Shown here piece by piece: positions 1-13,559 of a stretch of DNA of 64,000 nucleotides. Made by a program: the position numbers and the translations under genes. The stretch comes from Leucoraja ocellata (lineage: Eukaryota): positions 496,001-560,000 of the forward strand of contig JAWMAR010000541.1 in NCBI GenBank assembly GCA_036785375.1, in the 5' to 3' direction. Positions within the stretch are counted from its first letter, which is position 1. Each line of letters starts with the position of its first letter. The notes under the pieces were generated by a model, which had not been told where the DNA came from, searched no databases, and was given only the letters and a program-made list of their open reading frames with translations.

Positions 1-670
1 AGAGCGATACTGTAACCTCCGGACAAGCACTTCTTAAAATGTGATTCGCCGGTCTGTGGGAGTAACTGCTCCATTCCACAGATCATTATCCGTGCCTATG
101 AGAACTGACATCAGCACTTCATCTGTAAATGGACCCCACACTGTAAGTCAGCATTGTCCCCAGTTATGTGGCCTCCCTCCAACAGAACACAAACACCAGT
201 GGTGGTGATTCAGCAGACAGCAGCAGCATGAGAGTCTATAACCAGTGTTATTGTCATCCCTATCACCAGGGAATTTGCTTCATATCAGACATGCAGGAGT
301 GATCAATCATGGGCTCCACTTTTCCTTGGTCATCAGTGATTTGTTCAGCACCTTTCCATAGCTTTAGTTTTCCTCTCCACAGAATCACAGTCTGAAATAG
401 GGTCTTGACCCAAAACGTCACCTATTCCTTTACTCCAGAGATGATGCTTGAGTTACTCTAGTATTTTGTTTCTATCTTCAGTGTAAACCAGCATCTGCAG
501 TTCCTTCCGATACAGTCCTTCCGTTCATGCACCCACTGTTCAGGCTCATTTTTCTATATTTAACCAATCAACTCCTAGTCCGTGGGCACAGCTGGACCAG
601 TCAGGGTGGAAAATCAAACCTAATTCTAGAAAGATTCAGACGGCCCCAAAACAGGCCATTCAGCTCACCT

Positions 671-1650
671 TGTATTGTATTGTATTGTATTGTATATCTT
701 TATTGTTATTTCCTGAGTATTCACATACCCAGAGGAAACAAAAAAACGTTGCTCAACCAGTGTCCATTCAGTGTGCATTAAAAATAAATAGAAATAAAAA
801 TACATATATCATGAACAAATTAAACACTCTACTCTCTACTAAACATTCAACAGGCGTTCCGATCGGCAGCGGCACGACAGTGGCTCTGCTGCAGTGTGTC
901 CAGGTTGGTGGTTGGTGCGCGATACTTTGGCAGGGGGCAAAGTCCGTTTATCAGTCTTATAGCCTGTGGGAAGAAGCTGAGGAGCATCCTGCTGGTTTTG
1001 CAGCTAATGCTCCTGTACCTCTTCCCAGATGGCAGGATGGAGAATATGTGATGCAATGGGTGGTAGGGGTCTTTGATGATGGAGATGGCTCTGCTGATAC
1101 ATCTCTTCCTGTATAATTCCAGCAGGAAAGGGAGTGGAGCACCAATAATCCTGCTTGCGGTCTTCACAATCCTGTCTAGTTGGTGCCGTTCGTACGCCTT
1201 GCAGCTCCCGAACCAGGAAGTGATGCCGTAGGTCAATGTGCTCTCGATTGTCCCCCTATAAAAAGTTTGTAGGTGTGTAGTGGGGAGACCTGCTTTACGT
1301 AGTCTTCGGAGAGGGTGTAGTCGCTGCTGGGCTCTCTTGACCAGTGCTGTGGTGTTGGCCGTGGACGTCAGGTCATCTGACAGGTGTAGTCCTAGGAACT
1401 TCACGCTGCTGACCCTTTACACATCAGCTCCATCGATGTGCAGAGGTGTATGGTGTTGTTTCCCCGCCCTCCTGAAGTCAACCACCATCTCCTTAGTTTT
1501 TACCACGTTGAGAATGAGGTTGTGGGATTTGCACCAACCTATGAGCAGCTCCACCTCCATCCTGTACGCCGATTCATCATTGTCACTGATGAGACCCACC
1601 ACTGTTGTGTCATCAGCGAACTTGTTGATGAAGTTGTTGTTGAGTCCATG
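671..1650 (-). mobile_element. Rex1/Babar-type LINE 3' fragment
   Basis: FADDTTVVGLI...LNVVKTKEMVVDFRR and KFLG...AQQRL...FYRGTIES, then a (TACAA)n tail at 671-693. Confidence 0.85.
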
Positions 1651-2459
1651 CTAGCCATCAACCTCCCATTTACTTTTAGACTTTAGAGATACAGCTCAGA
1701 AACAGGCCTTTTGGCCTACCGAGTCCGCAGCGACCAGCAATACACTAGCACTATCCTACACACTAGGGACAATTTACAATTTCACTAAAGCCCACTAACC
1801 TACAAACCAGTACATCTTTGAAGTGATGGAGGAAACCAGAGCTCCCTGATAAAACTCATGCAGTCACAGGGGGAATGTACAATCTCCGTATGGACAACAT
1901 TCATAGTCAGGTGTCTGGCGCTGTAAGGCAGCAACTATATACCGCTGCGTTACTGTGCTGCCCCCGTTTACCAGCACTCGGTCCATCACCTTCTCTGCCT
2001 CGTGAGAGTCTTGGCCTCCACCACCCCCTCAGGCAATGCTTTCCACATTCCAAATGCCCTTTGAGGGGAAAAGGTTGTTCCTCAGATCCTCTTTAAATCT
2101 CTTCCCCCTTTACCCAAATGCTGTGGCCTCTGGTGTTGGGTACCAGGGTGAAGCTCTCTGGCCCTGACACAAAAGCCAGTCTCTTTATGAAATGAAGGCT
2201 CAGGAGCAAGCCTTGAATCAGTGAGATTCACCCACTGGGTCAAGTCTGACAGACATGGCTGTCCTTGTGGCCTTTCCTAGGAGGTCCATTGTGTGTTGCA
2301 GGAACCAGGTGTCAGTTCTGCTCAGGAGCAGGATTGCCCGGTACAGGAATGGGTACAATGACAGACAGTAATGCATTTCCCAGTCTGGTGTTGACATTTT
2401 GCCATCATTCAGTTTGGTGCTTTAGACGTATTCCTTCTTCGCATTGAAACCACAAGGAA

Positions 2460-2532
2460 GCTTTCACTTCCCTGCGACTCTCTCCTCTGCCCCTAGCTCC
2501 AGCTCTGAGCTGAGCTGTCTGCTTTCACTTCC
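2460..2532 (-). promoter_or_regulatory. Paired Ets-IRF composite (EICE/ISRE-like) sites
   Basis: The identical 12-mer GCTTTCACTTCC (minus strand GGAAGTGAAAGC) occurs at 2460-2471 and 2521-2532. Confidence 0.4.
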
Positions 2533-4035
2533 AGGGAAACCAAGACTGTCGATGGGGGAGTTTGCTCTCTGCTCCTGCCCAATATCAGTGTATACAGAAG
2601 ATTTAGAACTGAGATGAGGAAAAACTTTTACACCCGGAGAGTTGTGAATCTGTGTAATTCTCTGCCATAGAAGGCAGTGGAGGCCTATTCACTGGATGTT
2701 TTCAAGAAAGTTAGATTTAGCTCTTAGGGCTAAAGGAATCAAGGGATATGGGGAAAGAGCAGGAGCAGGGTACTGATTTTAGTTGATCAACCATGATCAA
2801 ATTGAATGCCGGTTTGAAGGACCGAATGGCCTGCTCTTGCACCTATTTTTCTATGTTTTCTATCGTCCTATCGTGTATCGATAACCCCGAGGAAGATCAC
2901 CTGTTGCGGGGAGCTCTGGCTCGGCCAGCTGTGGGTCTGCGGTGCCCACCTAACCCGGCCGTGATGGCAACACTGGTGGAGCGGGATGTCAGGGGTTGTC
3001 TGGTTCACTGTGCACCCTGCTCCTGACTGGCAGCAGTGAAACACTTGGGTGGGGGGGACATGGAGGGCCCTGCATGGACCCTTGTACAGGAGGGGCCCAT
3101 TCAGTGACTGTGACAGAGCTATAGGCTCCACACCCTTGTCCCTGGGGCCGCCCACATCACACTGCATACGTCCCACTGTTCACGTCAGGTACCTGAGTCG
3201 CTGGTGAACCCGGTATCACGCTGGTGTGAAACTGGAGACCAGAACAGCACCAAACATGAACCCCACACCTCTCACACTGAACCCTCCAAACTGGCCGTGC
3301 AGCTAAGATCCGAGATCCTCCCATCACCAAGGGCAACCTCCTGCCTCGGAGGGTCTACACTTGCCTCCTCTCTGTGGAGAGGACCCCGAGTTGAAATCTG
3401 ACGTCCCTGGCCACAGCCTGCACGACGGGCCCTCGGTCAGAGGGATGTGTGAGGGTGGGTGTGGGATTGGGAGTGGTGTTTTGGGCTGGGTGACTAAGAG
3501 CAACCTCCTGCCCTGAGGCTCTGCACTTGCCTTGTGGGGAGAGGGATGTTGTAATGAGTGTGGCTTGTTACTACAGTGAGTGGCACAGTGGCACAACAGT
3601 AGAGCCGTTCACTCACTGCGCCATCGATGTGGGTTCAACCCCGACCTCGGGTGCTGTTTGTGTGGAGTTTTCATATTCTCCATGTCACTGCTTTAGTTTC
3701 CCCCACCCCGGATCCTCCAGTTTTCTCCCACATCCCAAGGGACATGCGTGTTGAGGGGCTAATTGACTAATTGACTGTGTGTTGCTGTGAGTGATTGGCA
3801 GGGATTTAAAGGGCCAGCTGAGCCGTGAGGGGGCACCAGGTGTGGCCAGCAGTCGGTTCAGCAGACAGGGGGTGAAGCGAGGAGGCGAGGAGATTATGGT
3901 CATAGAGTGATGCAGTGTGGAAACAGACCCTTCGGCCCAACTTGCCAACACTGGCCTACAATGTCCCAGCTACACTAGTCCCGCTTGCCTGCGTTTTGTC
4001 CATATCCCTCCAAACCTGTCCGATCCATGTACCTG

Positions 4036-4167
4036 TGTTCAAGAAGGAACTGCAGATGCTGGAAAATCGAAGGTACACAAAAATGCTGTAGAAACTCAGC
4101 GGGTGTAGCAGCATCTATGGAGTGAAGGAAATAGGTAACGTTTCGGGCCAAAACCCTTCTTCAGACT
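4036..4167 (-). mobile_element. Solo Penelope-derived pLTR insertion
   Basis: Flanked by the duplication GATCCATGTACCTG (4022-4035 and 4168-4181) and carries the hammerhead-like core on the minus strand. Confidence 0.82.
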
Positions 4168-5028
4168 GATCCATGTACCTGTTTGTTTCTTAAACAATGG
4201 GATAGTCTCTGCCTCAACTATCTCCTCTGGCAGCTTGTTCCATACACCCACCACCCTCTGTGAGAAAAAGTTACCCCTCAGATTCCTATGAAATCTTTCC
4301 CCCTTCACCTTGAAGCTGTGTCTACTGGTCCTTGATTCCCTACTCTGGGCAAGAGACTCTGTGCATCGATCTGATCTATTCCTCTGATAATTCTGGATGG
4401 CAGAAGTTTCACTATGTGCTAGTCTAACAGTGGGCACTCGGTGGGTGGTGAGAAGAGACAAACTCTGGTGCATCAACATAATTTTACCTCCTGACTGCTA
4501 ACAATGAAACCCAGGTGAGGGGACATTCGAGGCCTTGCACAGTCTGGAGGGGCCTAGCCCAGACCTGACAGTTAGTGTCCTGGTGATGGAGATAATGGCT
4601 CTGTACCTGGAGCTCCTGAATGTTGACTCAGGGCCTGAGGTTATTTAGTTTAGTTTAGAGATACAGCATTGAAACGGGTCCTTCAGCTCACTACTCGCAC
4701 TAGTTTTATGTTACCCAATAACTTCACTCCCTACATATTCCAGGCAATTTACAGAGGTCAATTAATCTACAAACCAGCAAGTCTTTGGGATGTGGATGGA
4801 AATCGGAACACCCAAAAGAAACCCATGCAGTCACAGGGAGAACGTGCAAACTCCATACAGACAGCACCCAAGGTCAGAATGAGAACACGTGTCTCTGGCA
4901 CTGAGGCATCGGCTCCATTAGCTGTGCCACTGTGTTGCCTGGACTACAGAGAACTTGAGTGGGCCAGGACTTTATTCCTTTAAGCACATGAGGATGAGTG
5001 GTGATCAGAAGTTAGGTCTTTATTCTTT

Positions 5029-5428
5029 GGAGCGCAGAAGGTTAAGGGGGGACTTGATAGAGGTTTTTAAAAATGATGAGAGGGATAGACAGAGTTGACG
5101 TGGATAAGCTTTTCCCACTGAGAGTAGGGAAAATTCAAACAAGGGGACATGACTTGAGAATTAAGGGACAGATGTTTAGGGGTAACATGAAGGGGAACTT
5201 CTTTACTCAGAGAGTGGTGGCTGTGTGGAATGAGCTTCCAGTGAAGGTGGTGGAGGCAGGTTCGTTTTTATAATTTAAAAATAAAATGGATAGTTATATG
5301 GATGGGAAAGGAATGGAGGGTTATGGTCTGAGCGCAGGTATATGGGACTAGGGGAGATTATGTGTTCGGCACGGACTAGAAGGGTCGAGATGGCCTGTTT
5401 CCGTGCTGTAATTGTTATATGGTTATAT
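5029..5428 (+). mobile_element. CR1 second-family 3' end
   Basis: [24 protein letters not shown], with the same 3' UTR and tail as 49763-50346. Confidence 0.85.
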
Positions 5429-7264
5429 GATGGAGGTGTATAAAATAGCAGGCATGGATACAGGGTAAGTGCACATTGTTTTATTTTCTCCAGTTTGACA
5501 AATCAAGAATTAGAGGACATAACTTTAAAGTGAAAGGGGAAAGATTTAATAGGAACCTGGTGGGTGTGTGGAACGAGCTGCCAGTAGTTGTTGAGACAGA
5601 AACAATAGTTCCTCTGACATATTGTTCCCTCTATTCACCTGTTCCAATCTGACATATGGAACCCAATAGGAATATATGCGGAGGAAAGATCATGAGATCA
5701 TGTGATCGGAGCAGAATTAGGCCATTCGGCCCATCAAGTCTCCCGCACCATTCAATCCTCATGGCGGATCTATCTCTCCCTCCTAACCCCATTCTCCTGC
5801 CTTCTCCCCATAACCTCTGACACCTGTCGTGTTAGGTTAGATTGCAAGATTTAGAGGCATATGTGCCAAACGTGCAAATGGAACTAACAGTTGGGGTATG
5901 TTGGTCGATGTGTTGGGCTGGACGGCCTGTTACTGTGCCGTGGGCTCCCCCACATCCCCACACACGCTGCTTGACCTGCCGTGTGTGCCCAACATTCCCT
6001 GCACATTGCAGTGTCTGCAGTGGTTTCCAGTCCACAGTGGGGAGTGTGTATGGGGGCTTGAGTGGGGCGAGGGGGCAGTGGGATCACTGCGGGTTTGCCC
6101 TGCCTTCCTGTGGCAAGGCTGTGCAGAGAGATCAGTCGGGTAGTCCAGTGGAGGTCACTCATTGCTGTTGCAGGAAAGCCTAATCCTGCAGACAAACCCG
6201 CTGCCGTTTTAGACTCTCACTGATCCATTCCAACCAGCAACCGGTGACGCCTGTGTGCTGTCACCTGTCACAGGCTGCCGCTGGGCTGTGGGGCGGAGAT
6301 ACAGCCGGGCGGATGTTTGGTTCATTCTGGTCCAGGGACTTTCCAGTTAGCAATTCCCACCCAGTACAATGCGCGTCGCTGCTCGGTCAGACTCAGCTCC
6401 GATGGCGTTCCACAAGGGAGTGCAGCCAAAGTTAACCCTTTATAGTCCGGTGCTTACCTCTGAATCCAGGCAACACCCCATCAGAGATTCCGACTGCAGG
6501 GAGCTAGGCCATTCGGCCCATCACGTCCACACTGACCAGTGGTGACACTTACTGAAGAAGGGTCTCGTCCCGAAACGTCACCCATTCCTTCTCTCCAGAG
6601 ATGCCGCCTGTCCCGCTGAGTTACTCCAGCATTTTGTGTCTACCTTACGAATGAATCCCATCTTCCTGTATTAACCACCATCGACGCCCTGGCGATTCAA
6701 GTTGCTCATCGAGACTTGTTCTCTGTCTGGCAGTGTGTTCCAGGTGCTCACCAGTCCCCCTCCTAATCTCCTCCTCCGTATCCTAAATCCATTCCAGTAC
6801 TTCAGTTTTATTCACCTCTGATATGAGAATAGTGTCCCTTAGTCATTGTATTTACCTCAATCATGTCCCCTCTCAACCTCCTCCTCTGCAGAGGGAACAG
6901 AAACAGCCGCTCCAGATCACTGAACCGCTCCAACCTGGGGACTCTCCTCTGTATCCTCTCCATTGTAATCACACTTCCCTCGGATGGGGTGACTAGAACT
7001 GCACAAAGTATTCCAGGTCATGTCCAACCATTATTGAAGCATAACGCCTTTACACTCTCATCTCAGCCCTCACACCCCCACCTCACCTGCCTTGCAGAAC
7101 ATGACCTTTCCTACCCGATCCTGCTCTCTGTTCAAGGTGGGACCCCAACATCTGAGGGTCCCAGAGAGCCCCCAAACTCCATCATCCACAGCGAGTGTCC
7201 ACAAACACGGCAGCAGGAGGAGCACATTCATCCTCTCCTGTCCCATCATAGACATAGGTAACTG

Positions 7265-9124
7265 ATAGAAACATAGAAATTAGGTGCAGGAGTAGGCCAT
7301 TCGGCCCTTCGAGCCTACACCGCCATTCAATATGATCATGGCTGATCATCCAACTCAGTATCCCGTACCTGCCTTCTCTCCATACCCCCTGATCCCCTTA
7401 GCCACAAGGGCCACATCTAACTCCCTCTTAAATATAGCCAATGAACTGGCCTCAACTACCCTCTGTGGTAGAGAGTTCCAGAGATTCACCACTCTCTGCG
7501 TGAAAAAAGTTCTTCTCATCTCGGTTTTAAAGGATTTCCCCTTTATCCTTAAGCTGTGACCCCTTGTCCTGGACTTCCCTAACATCGGGAACAATCTTCC
7601 TGCATCTAGCCTGTCCAACCCCTTAAGAATTTTGTAAGTTTCTATAAGATCCCCTCTCAATCTTCTAAATTCTAGAGTGTATAAACCAAGTCTATCCAGT
7701 CTTTCTTCATAAGACAGTCCTGACATCCCAGGAATCAGTCTGGTGAACCGTCTCTGCACTCCCTCTATGGCAATAATGTCCTTCCTCAGATTTGGAGACC
7801 AAAACTGTACGCAATACTCCAGGTGTGGTCTCACCAAGACCCTGTACAACTGCAGTAGAACCTCTCTGCTCCTATACTCAAATCCTTTTGCAATGAAAGC
7901 TAACATACCATTCGCTTTCTTTACTGCCTGCTGCACCTGCATGCCTACCTTCAATGACTGGTGTACCATGACACCCAGGTCTCGCTGCATCTCCCCCTTT
8001 CCCAATCGGCCACCATTTAGATAATAGTCTGCTTTCCTGTTTTTGCCACCAAAATGGATAACCTCACATTTATCCACATTATACTGCATCTGCCAAACAT
8101 TTGCCCACTCACCCAGCCTATCCAAGTCACCCTGCAGTCTCCTAGCATCCTCCTCACAGCTAACACTGCCCCCCAGCTTAGTGTCATCCGCAAACTTGGA
8201 GATATTGCCTTCAATTCCCTCATCCAGATCATTAATATATATTGTAAATAGCTGGGGTCCCAGTACTGAGCCTTGGGGTACCCCACTAGTCACTGCCTGC
8301 CATTGTGAAAAGGACCCGTTTACTCCTACTCTTTGCTTCCTGTTTGCCAGCCAGTTCTCTATCCACATCAATACTGAACCCCCAATGCGTTGTGCTTTAA
8401 GTTTGTATACTAATTTCTTATGTGGGACCTTGTCGAAAGCCTTCTGGAAGTCCAGATACACCACATCCACTGGTTCTCCCCTATCCACGCTACTAGTTAC
8501 ATCCTCGAAAAATTCTATAAGATTCGTCAGACATGATTTACCTTTCGTAAATCCATGCTGACTTTGTCCAATGATTTCACCACTTTCCAAATGTGCTGCT
8601 ATCCCATCTTTAATAACTGACTCTAGCAGTTTCCCCACTACCGATGTTAGACTAACTGGTCTGTAATTCCCCATTTTCTCTCTCCCTCCCTTCTTAAAAA
8701 GTGGGGTTACGTTTGCTACCCGCCAATCTTCAGGAACTACTCCAGAATCTAAAGAGTTTTGAAAGATTATTACTAATGCATCCACTATTTCTGGAGCTAC
8801 TTCCTTAAGTACTCTGGGATGCAGCCTATCTGGCCCTGGGGATTTATCGGCCTTTAATCCATTCAATTTATCCAACACCACTTCCCGGCTAACCTGGATT
8901 TCACTCAATTCCTCCAACTCCTTTGACCCGCGGTCCCCTGCTATTTCCGGCAAATTATTTATGTCTTCCTTAGTGAAGACGGAACCAAAGTAGTTATTCA
9001 ATTGGTCCGCCATATCCTTGTTCCCCATGATCAACTCCCCTGTTTCTGACTGCAAGGGACCTACATTTGTTTTAACTAATCTCTTTCTTTTCACATATCT
9101 ATAAAAACTTTTGCAGTCAGTTTT
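7265..9124 (-). mobile_element. CR1-clade LINE, 5'-truncated, uninterrupted RT-coding 3' part (young copy)
   Basis: ORF 7355..9145: [45 protein letters not shown]. The 3' UTR ends in (TTTCTATG)-type repeats. The first 7 codons of the ORF are flank-derived. Confidence 0.95.
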
Positions 9125-11489
9125 GATGGCAGGACAGCGTCCCATCTTGGCTTTATGACCCTCAATGGCCTTGGCTATTGATTGTGCTCACCATGTGTCA
9201 TTGGATTTGTTCAAGAAAGTTTCACCCTTCCATTGCTCTGTACAAATTTCCATGAACAGTCACGAGTTAAGAGTGCTTTATTGTCATTTGTCCCAAAACA
9301 GAACAATGACATTTTTACCTGCAGCAGACCAACAGATTTGTAAACACAGTACTCAGTAAATAATAAATAAACAGAAAAGCTTAAATAAATAAATACATAA
9401 GGAGGAAAAGGGTAACTAGAGGGACAGTGGGATCCCTCAGGAATCAAGGCAGTCAGCTCTGTGTGGAGCCGAGGAGATGGGCAAGGTCTTCACAGAGTAT
9501 TTCTCCTCTGCATTTACCATGGAGAAAGGCAGGAGGACGGAGGTACTTAGGGCTGTCAATGGAAGTGTCTTGAAAGCTGGAAGTTGTAAGGTCATACATG
9601 TTAGGAGTAGAATTAGGCCACTCGGCCCATTAAGATGGCCATTCAATCTTGGCTGATCTATCTCCCTCCTAACCCCTTTCTCCTGCCTTCTCCCCATAAC
9701 CTCTGACACCTGTACTAATTAAGAATCTATCTATCTCTCCCTTAAAAATATCCACTGATTTGGTGTCTGTGGCAAAGAATTCCACAGATTCATAACCATC
9801 TGACTAAACAAATTTTTCCTCATCTCCTTCCTAAAAGAACGTCCTTTAATTTGAAGCTATGATCTCTAGTCCTAGAGTCTCCCACTAGTGGAAACATCCT
9901 CTCCACATCCATTCTATCCAAGCCTTTCACTGTTTTGTATGTGTCAATGAAGTCCCCCCTCATTCTTCTAAACTCCAGTGAGTACAGGCCCAATGCCAAC
10001 AAATGCTCATCATAGATTAACCTACTCCTTCCTGGGATCATTCTTGTAAACTTCCTCTGGACCCTCTCCAGAGCCAACCCATCCTTCCTCACATATGGTG
10101 CCCAAATTGCTCACATTATTCCAGATGCGGCCTCACCATCGCCTTAGAGAGCCTCAGCATTACATCCCTAGAAGACGTGTTATTGACGAGGAGTTCGAAG
10201 GTAGACAAATCTCCAGGGCCTGATCAGATATATCCGAGGCCATTGTGGAAAGCCCTGGTTCAAATTCACAAAGCATCTTTAAATACAGGAGAGTTTCCGG
10301 AAGACTGAAGGGTGGCAAATGTTGTGCCTCAATTCAAGAAGGGCTGAAGGGAAAATGCTGTGAACTATAGGCCAATAAGCTTAACGTCTGCAGAAAGTTA
10401 TTAGAGAATATTCTGAGGGCTAGGATATACATGCATTTAGTTGGACAAGGGCTGATTAGGGATAGTCAACATGGTTTTGTACGTGGGAGGTTGTGTCTCA
10501 CAAATCTAATTGAGTTTTTTGAAGACGTAACCAACAGGTTGATGAGGACAGAGCTGTAGATGCTGTATATATGGACTTCAGCAAAGCAACCATTTTAAGT
10601 TAGGACATTTTACACACTTTACACAGGCCTTGCAAGTATGACCTCAACCTTTCCTCTCCCTAATGTGGCTAGGCAACGGCTGGAGGCCCTGCAGCAGCCT
10701 GGGGCTCGCCTTGTTCGGGAGCCACTCCAAAAGAATTAGTATGCGGACCAAACTTTGGAAATGGAGCAAAATTTAGCAACTATCACCTAGACAACATGAT
10801 TTTAGAAAGAGCAATTTTTATTCAGCAACAATAGAACAAACTGAGACGCCTCCTCGATTGTCCAAGTAACAAACAAACTGTCAGATCCACTGGTGAGGTG
10901 AGCCCATGTTCCAGCTGACATCAGTGGTGATGAATGAAGCACACGCTATTAGGAGTCGCACAGCAGTCAGACAGGCCATTTGGCCCATTGAGACAGTTTC
11001 CATCATCACATTTACACAAATCTTATGTTGATCTATTTTTACTCTCCCCACATTCCTGTAAATCTCCCCCTTCTAGTGTTTGACGTCCACCCTGGGAGAA
11101 AAGTTCTGACTGTTTGTTTTATGCATGCATCTCATCATTTTATATACTTCTATCAGGCCTCCCATCAGCACTCTGGAGAAAATCATGCAGGTTTTTCCAA
11201 CCTCTGCCTATTGCTAATAACCCTGCACTCCAGGCAGCATTCTACTGATAACCCTGCACTCCAGGCAGCATTCTACTTGACAGAGAGCAACTCCTGATGT
11301 TATTGGAGACAGGCATCAAGTGGTGCTGAAAGACCATCTGACGGTGAAAGACTCATTGGCCTGCTTGATACTTGGTTTCCCAGCAAAGGCCCATTCCAGA
11401 CTGCAGGACTACATGCTGATGGATGCACTGAAGCTTGGTGCAGACAACACCAAGGCTCTTGGGGAGGATCACAATCTAGAACTTTGTTT

Positions 11490-12960
11490 ATTGTATAAGC
11501 CCACGGACTCCCACGGCTATCTAGACGACAAGTCTTCCCACCCTGCTTCCTGTATTTGGCTACGCCACATCTGCACCCAGGATGAAGTGTACCATATCAG
11601 GATATTGCAGATGTCCTTATTCTTTAGGCAATGGGGGTTTCCCTCTCCAATCATAGTTGAGGCCCTCACTAGGGTCTCGATATCCCGCAGCTCTGCACTT
11701 GCTCCCCCTCTCCTTGGTCATCACAGGGACAGAGTCCAGCTATTGCTCACCTTCCACCCCATCAGCACATGATCCTCCAACATTTTCCCCACCTCCAACG
11801 GGATCCCACCACCAGGCACATTTTCCCATCTCCGCTATCCGCGGAGATTGTTTCCACCACAATTCCTGATCAACTCATCCCTTCCCACCCAAACCATCCC
11901 CTCCCCAGGTACTTTCCCCCGCAACCATAGGAGATGCAACACCTGTCCCTATACCTCCCCCTTTGACTCCATCCAAGGAGCCTGACAGTCTTTTCAGGTG
12001 AGGCAAAGGTTCACTTCCACCTCCTCCATCCTCATCTCCTGTATCCGCTGTTCCAGGCGTGGACTCCTATATATTGCAGAGACCAAGCGCAGGCTCGGCT
12101 ATCGTTTCTCTGGCACCTCCTATCAGTCCGGCTAAACCTACCTGATCTCCTTGTTGCTACATACTTTAACTTCCCCCTCCCATTCCCACACTGACCTTTC
12201 TGTCCTGCACCTCCTCTTTATAATTCAACGTTAGATTTACTGTACGGAATCCTCCAGCATTAGTTTTTCACACAGGGTTGTACCATGTATGGAACTGGTG
12301 ACAATAAACCCCTTGAATCATGAATGCATTGTCAGGCTGAGGCCCAGAGCAAATTGGAGGAACAGCACCTCGTATTTTGCTTGGGTAGCTTACACCCCAG
12401 TGGTATGAACATTGACTCCTCTAACTTCAAGCAACCCTTGCTTTCCCTCTCTCTCCATCCTTTCCCCAATCCAGTTCTCCAACCAGTCTTACTGTCTCCA
12501 CCTACATATTATCTCTGTTTGCTTTGTTGTTACCTTCTCCCAGCTAACATAGAAACATTGAAAGTAGGTGCAGGAGTTGGCCATTAAGCCCTTCAAAGCC
12601 AACACCACCATTCAATATGATCATGGCTGATCATCCAGAATCGGTACCCCGTTCCTACTTTTTCCTCATATCCCTTTATTCCATTAGCCCTAAGAGCTAT
12701 ATCTAACTCTCTCTTGAATACATCAAATAACAATGATCTATTCTTCATTTTTCTTGATCTCCATTCCCTTTGTCATATTTTCACAGCTGACAATTCCTTA
12801 TCTATGTATCTCCCACTTCCCTGGCATCAGTCTGAAGAAGGGTCTTGATCCCAAAACGTCACCCATTCCTTCTCTCCAGAGATGCTGCCAGTCCCACTGT
12901 GTTTCTCCAGCATTTTGTGTCTATCTTCGGTTTAAATCAGCATCTGCAGTTCCTTCCTAC
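11490..12960 (+). mobile_element. Penelope-like element (Poseidon type) 3' fragment with pLTR
   Basis: YKPTDSHGYL..SSHP..C RT C-terminus, GIY-YIG-like LYIAETKR at ~12065, and the terminal repeat at 12829-12960. Interrupted by a CR1 tail. Confidence 0.8.
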
Positions 12961-13559
12961 ATATTTGTTTATTAATTTGTTGTCACATGTGCTGAGGTGC
13001 AGTGAAAAGCTTTTTTATTTTGTGCTGTCTAATCTATGGAAATACTTTACATGATTACAATCGACAAATACATGATAAAGGAAATAGCGTTTAGTGCAAC
13101 ATAAAGTCCAGTAAAGTCCGAATGAAGATGTCTGGTGAGCTAGATGGGTCTCTGAGGTAGAAAGGTCTCCGATGCGGTAGACAGCGGCAGATAGCAGATG
13201 TATGTAGAATGTATTGACTTATAGGACTGTAAATGTTTGTATTGTGTTTCCCGTTTATATGTTTACTAATTACATTTGAAATAAAATAAATGTGTGTGAA
13301 GACAGGCCAAACTAAACGATTTAGTCTCAAGGGGCTACAGATGCTGATTTCCAAATAAAGACACAATGTGCTGGAGTAAATCAGTGGGTCAGTCAGCATT
13401 TGTGGAGAACGTGGATAGGAGATGTTTTTGGGACCAGACAATTCTTCACGCTGATAGTAAGACAACTGGAAGAGAGGTAGGGGCAGGACAAAGCTTGGCA
13501 ATTGATAGTTGGTGCAGACAAAATATGTACGAAGGAAGTTCAGATGCTGGTCTACACTG

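Noticed and set aside
6458-6481. MGCCLDSE myristoylation/palmitoylation-type N-terminus on the minus strand
   Set aside because: In phase 0 the candidate downstream exons I could find stop within about 25 codons, and there is no supporting homology.
7355-9145. Domesticated host reverse-transcriptase gene
   Set aside because: It has a CR1 3' UTR and tail, is 5'-truncated and has near-identical sibling fragments, so recent insertion explains the open frame.
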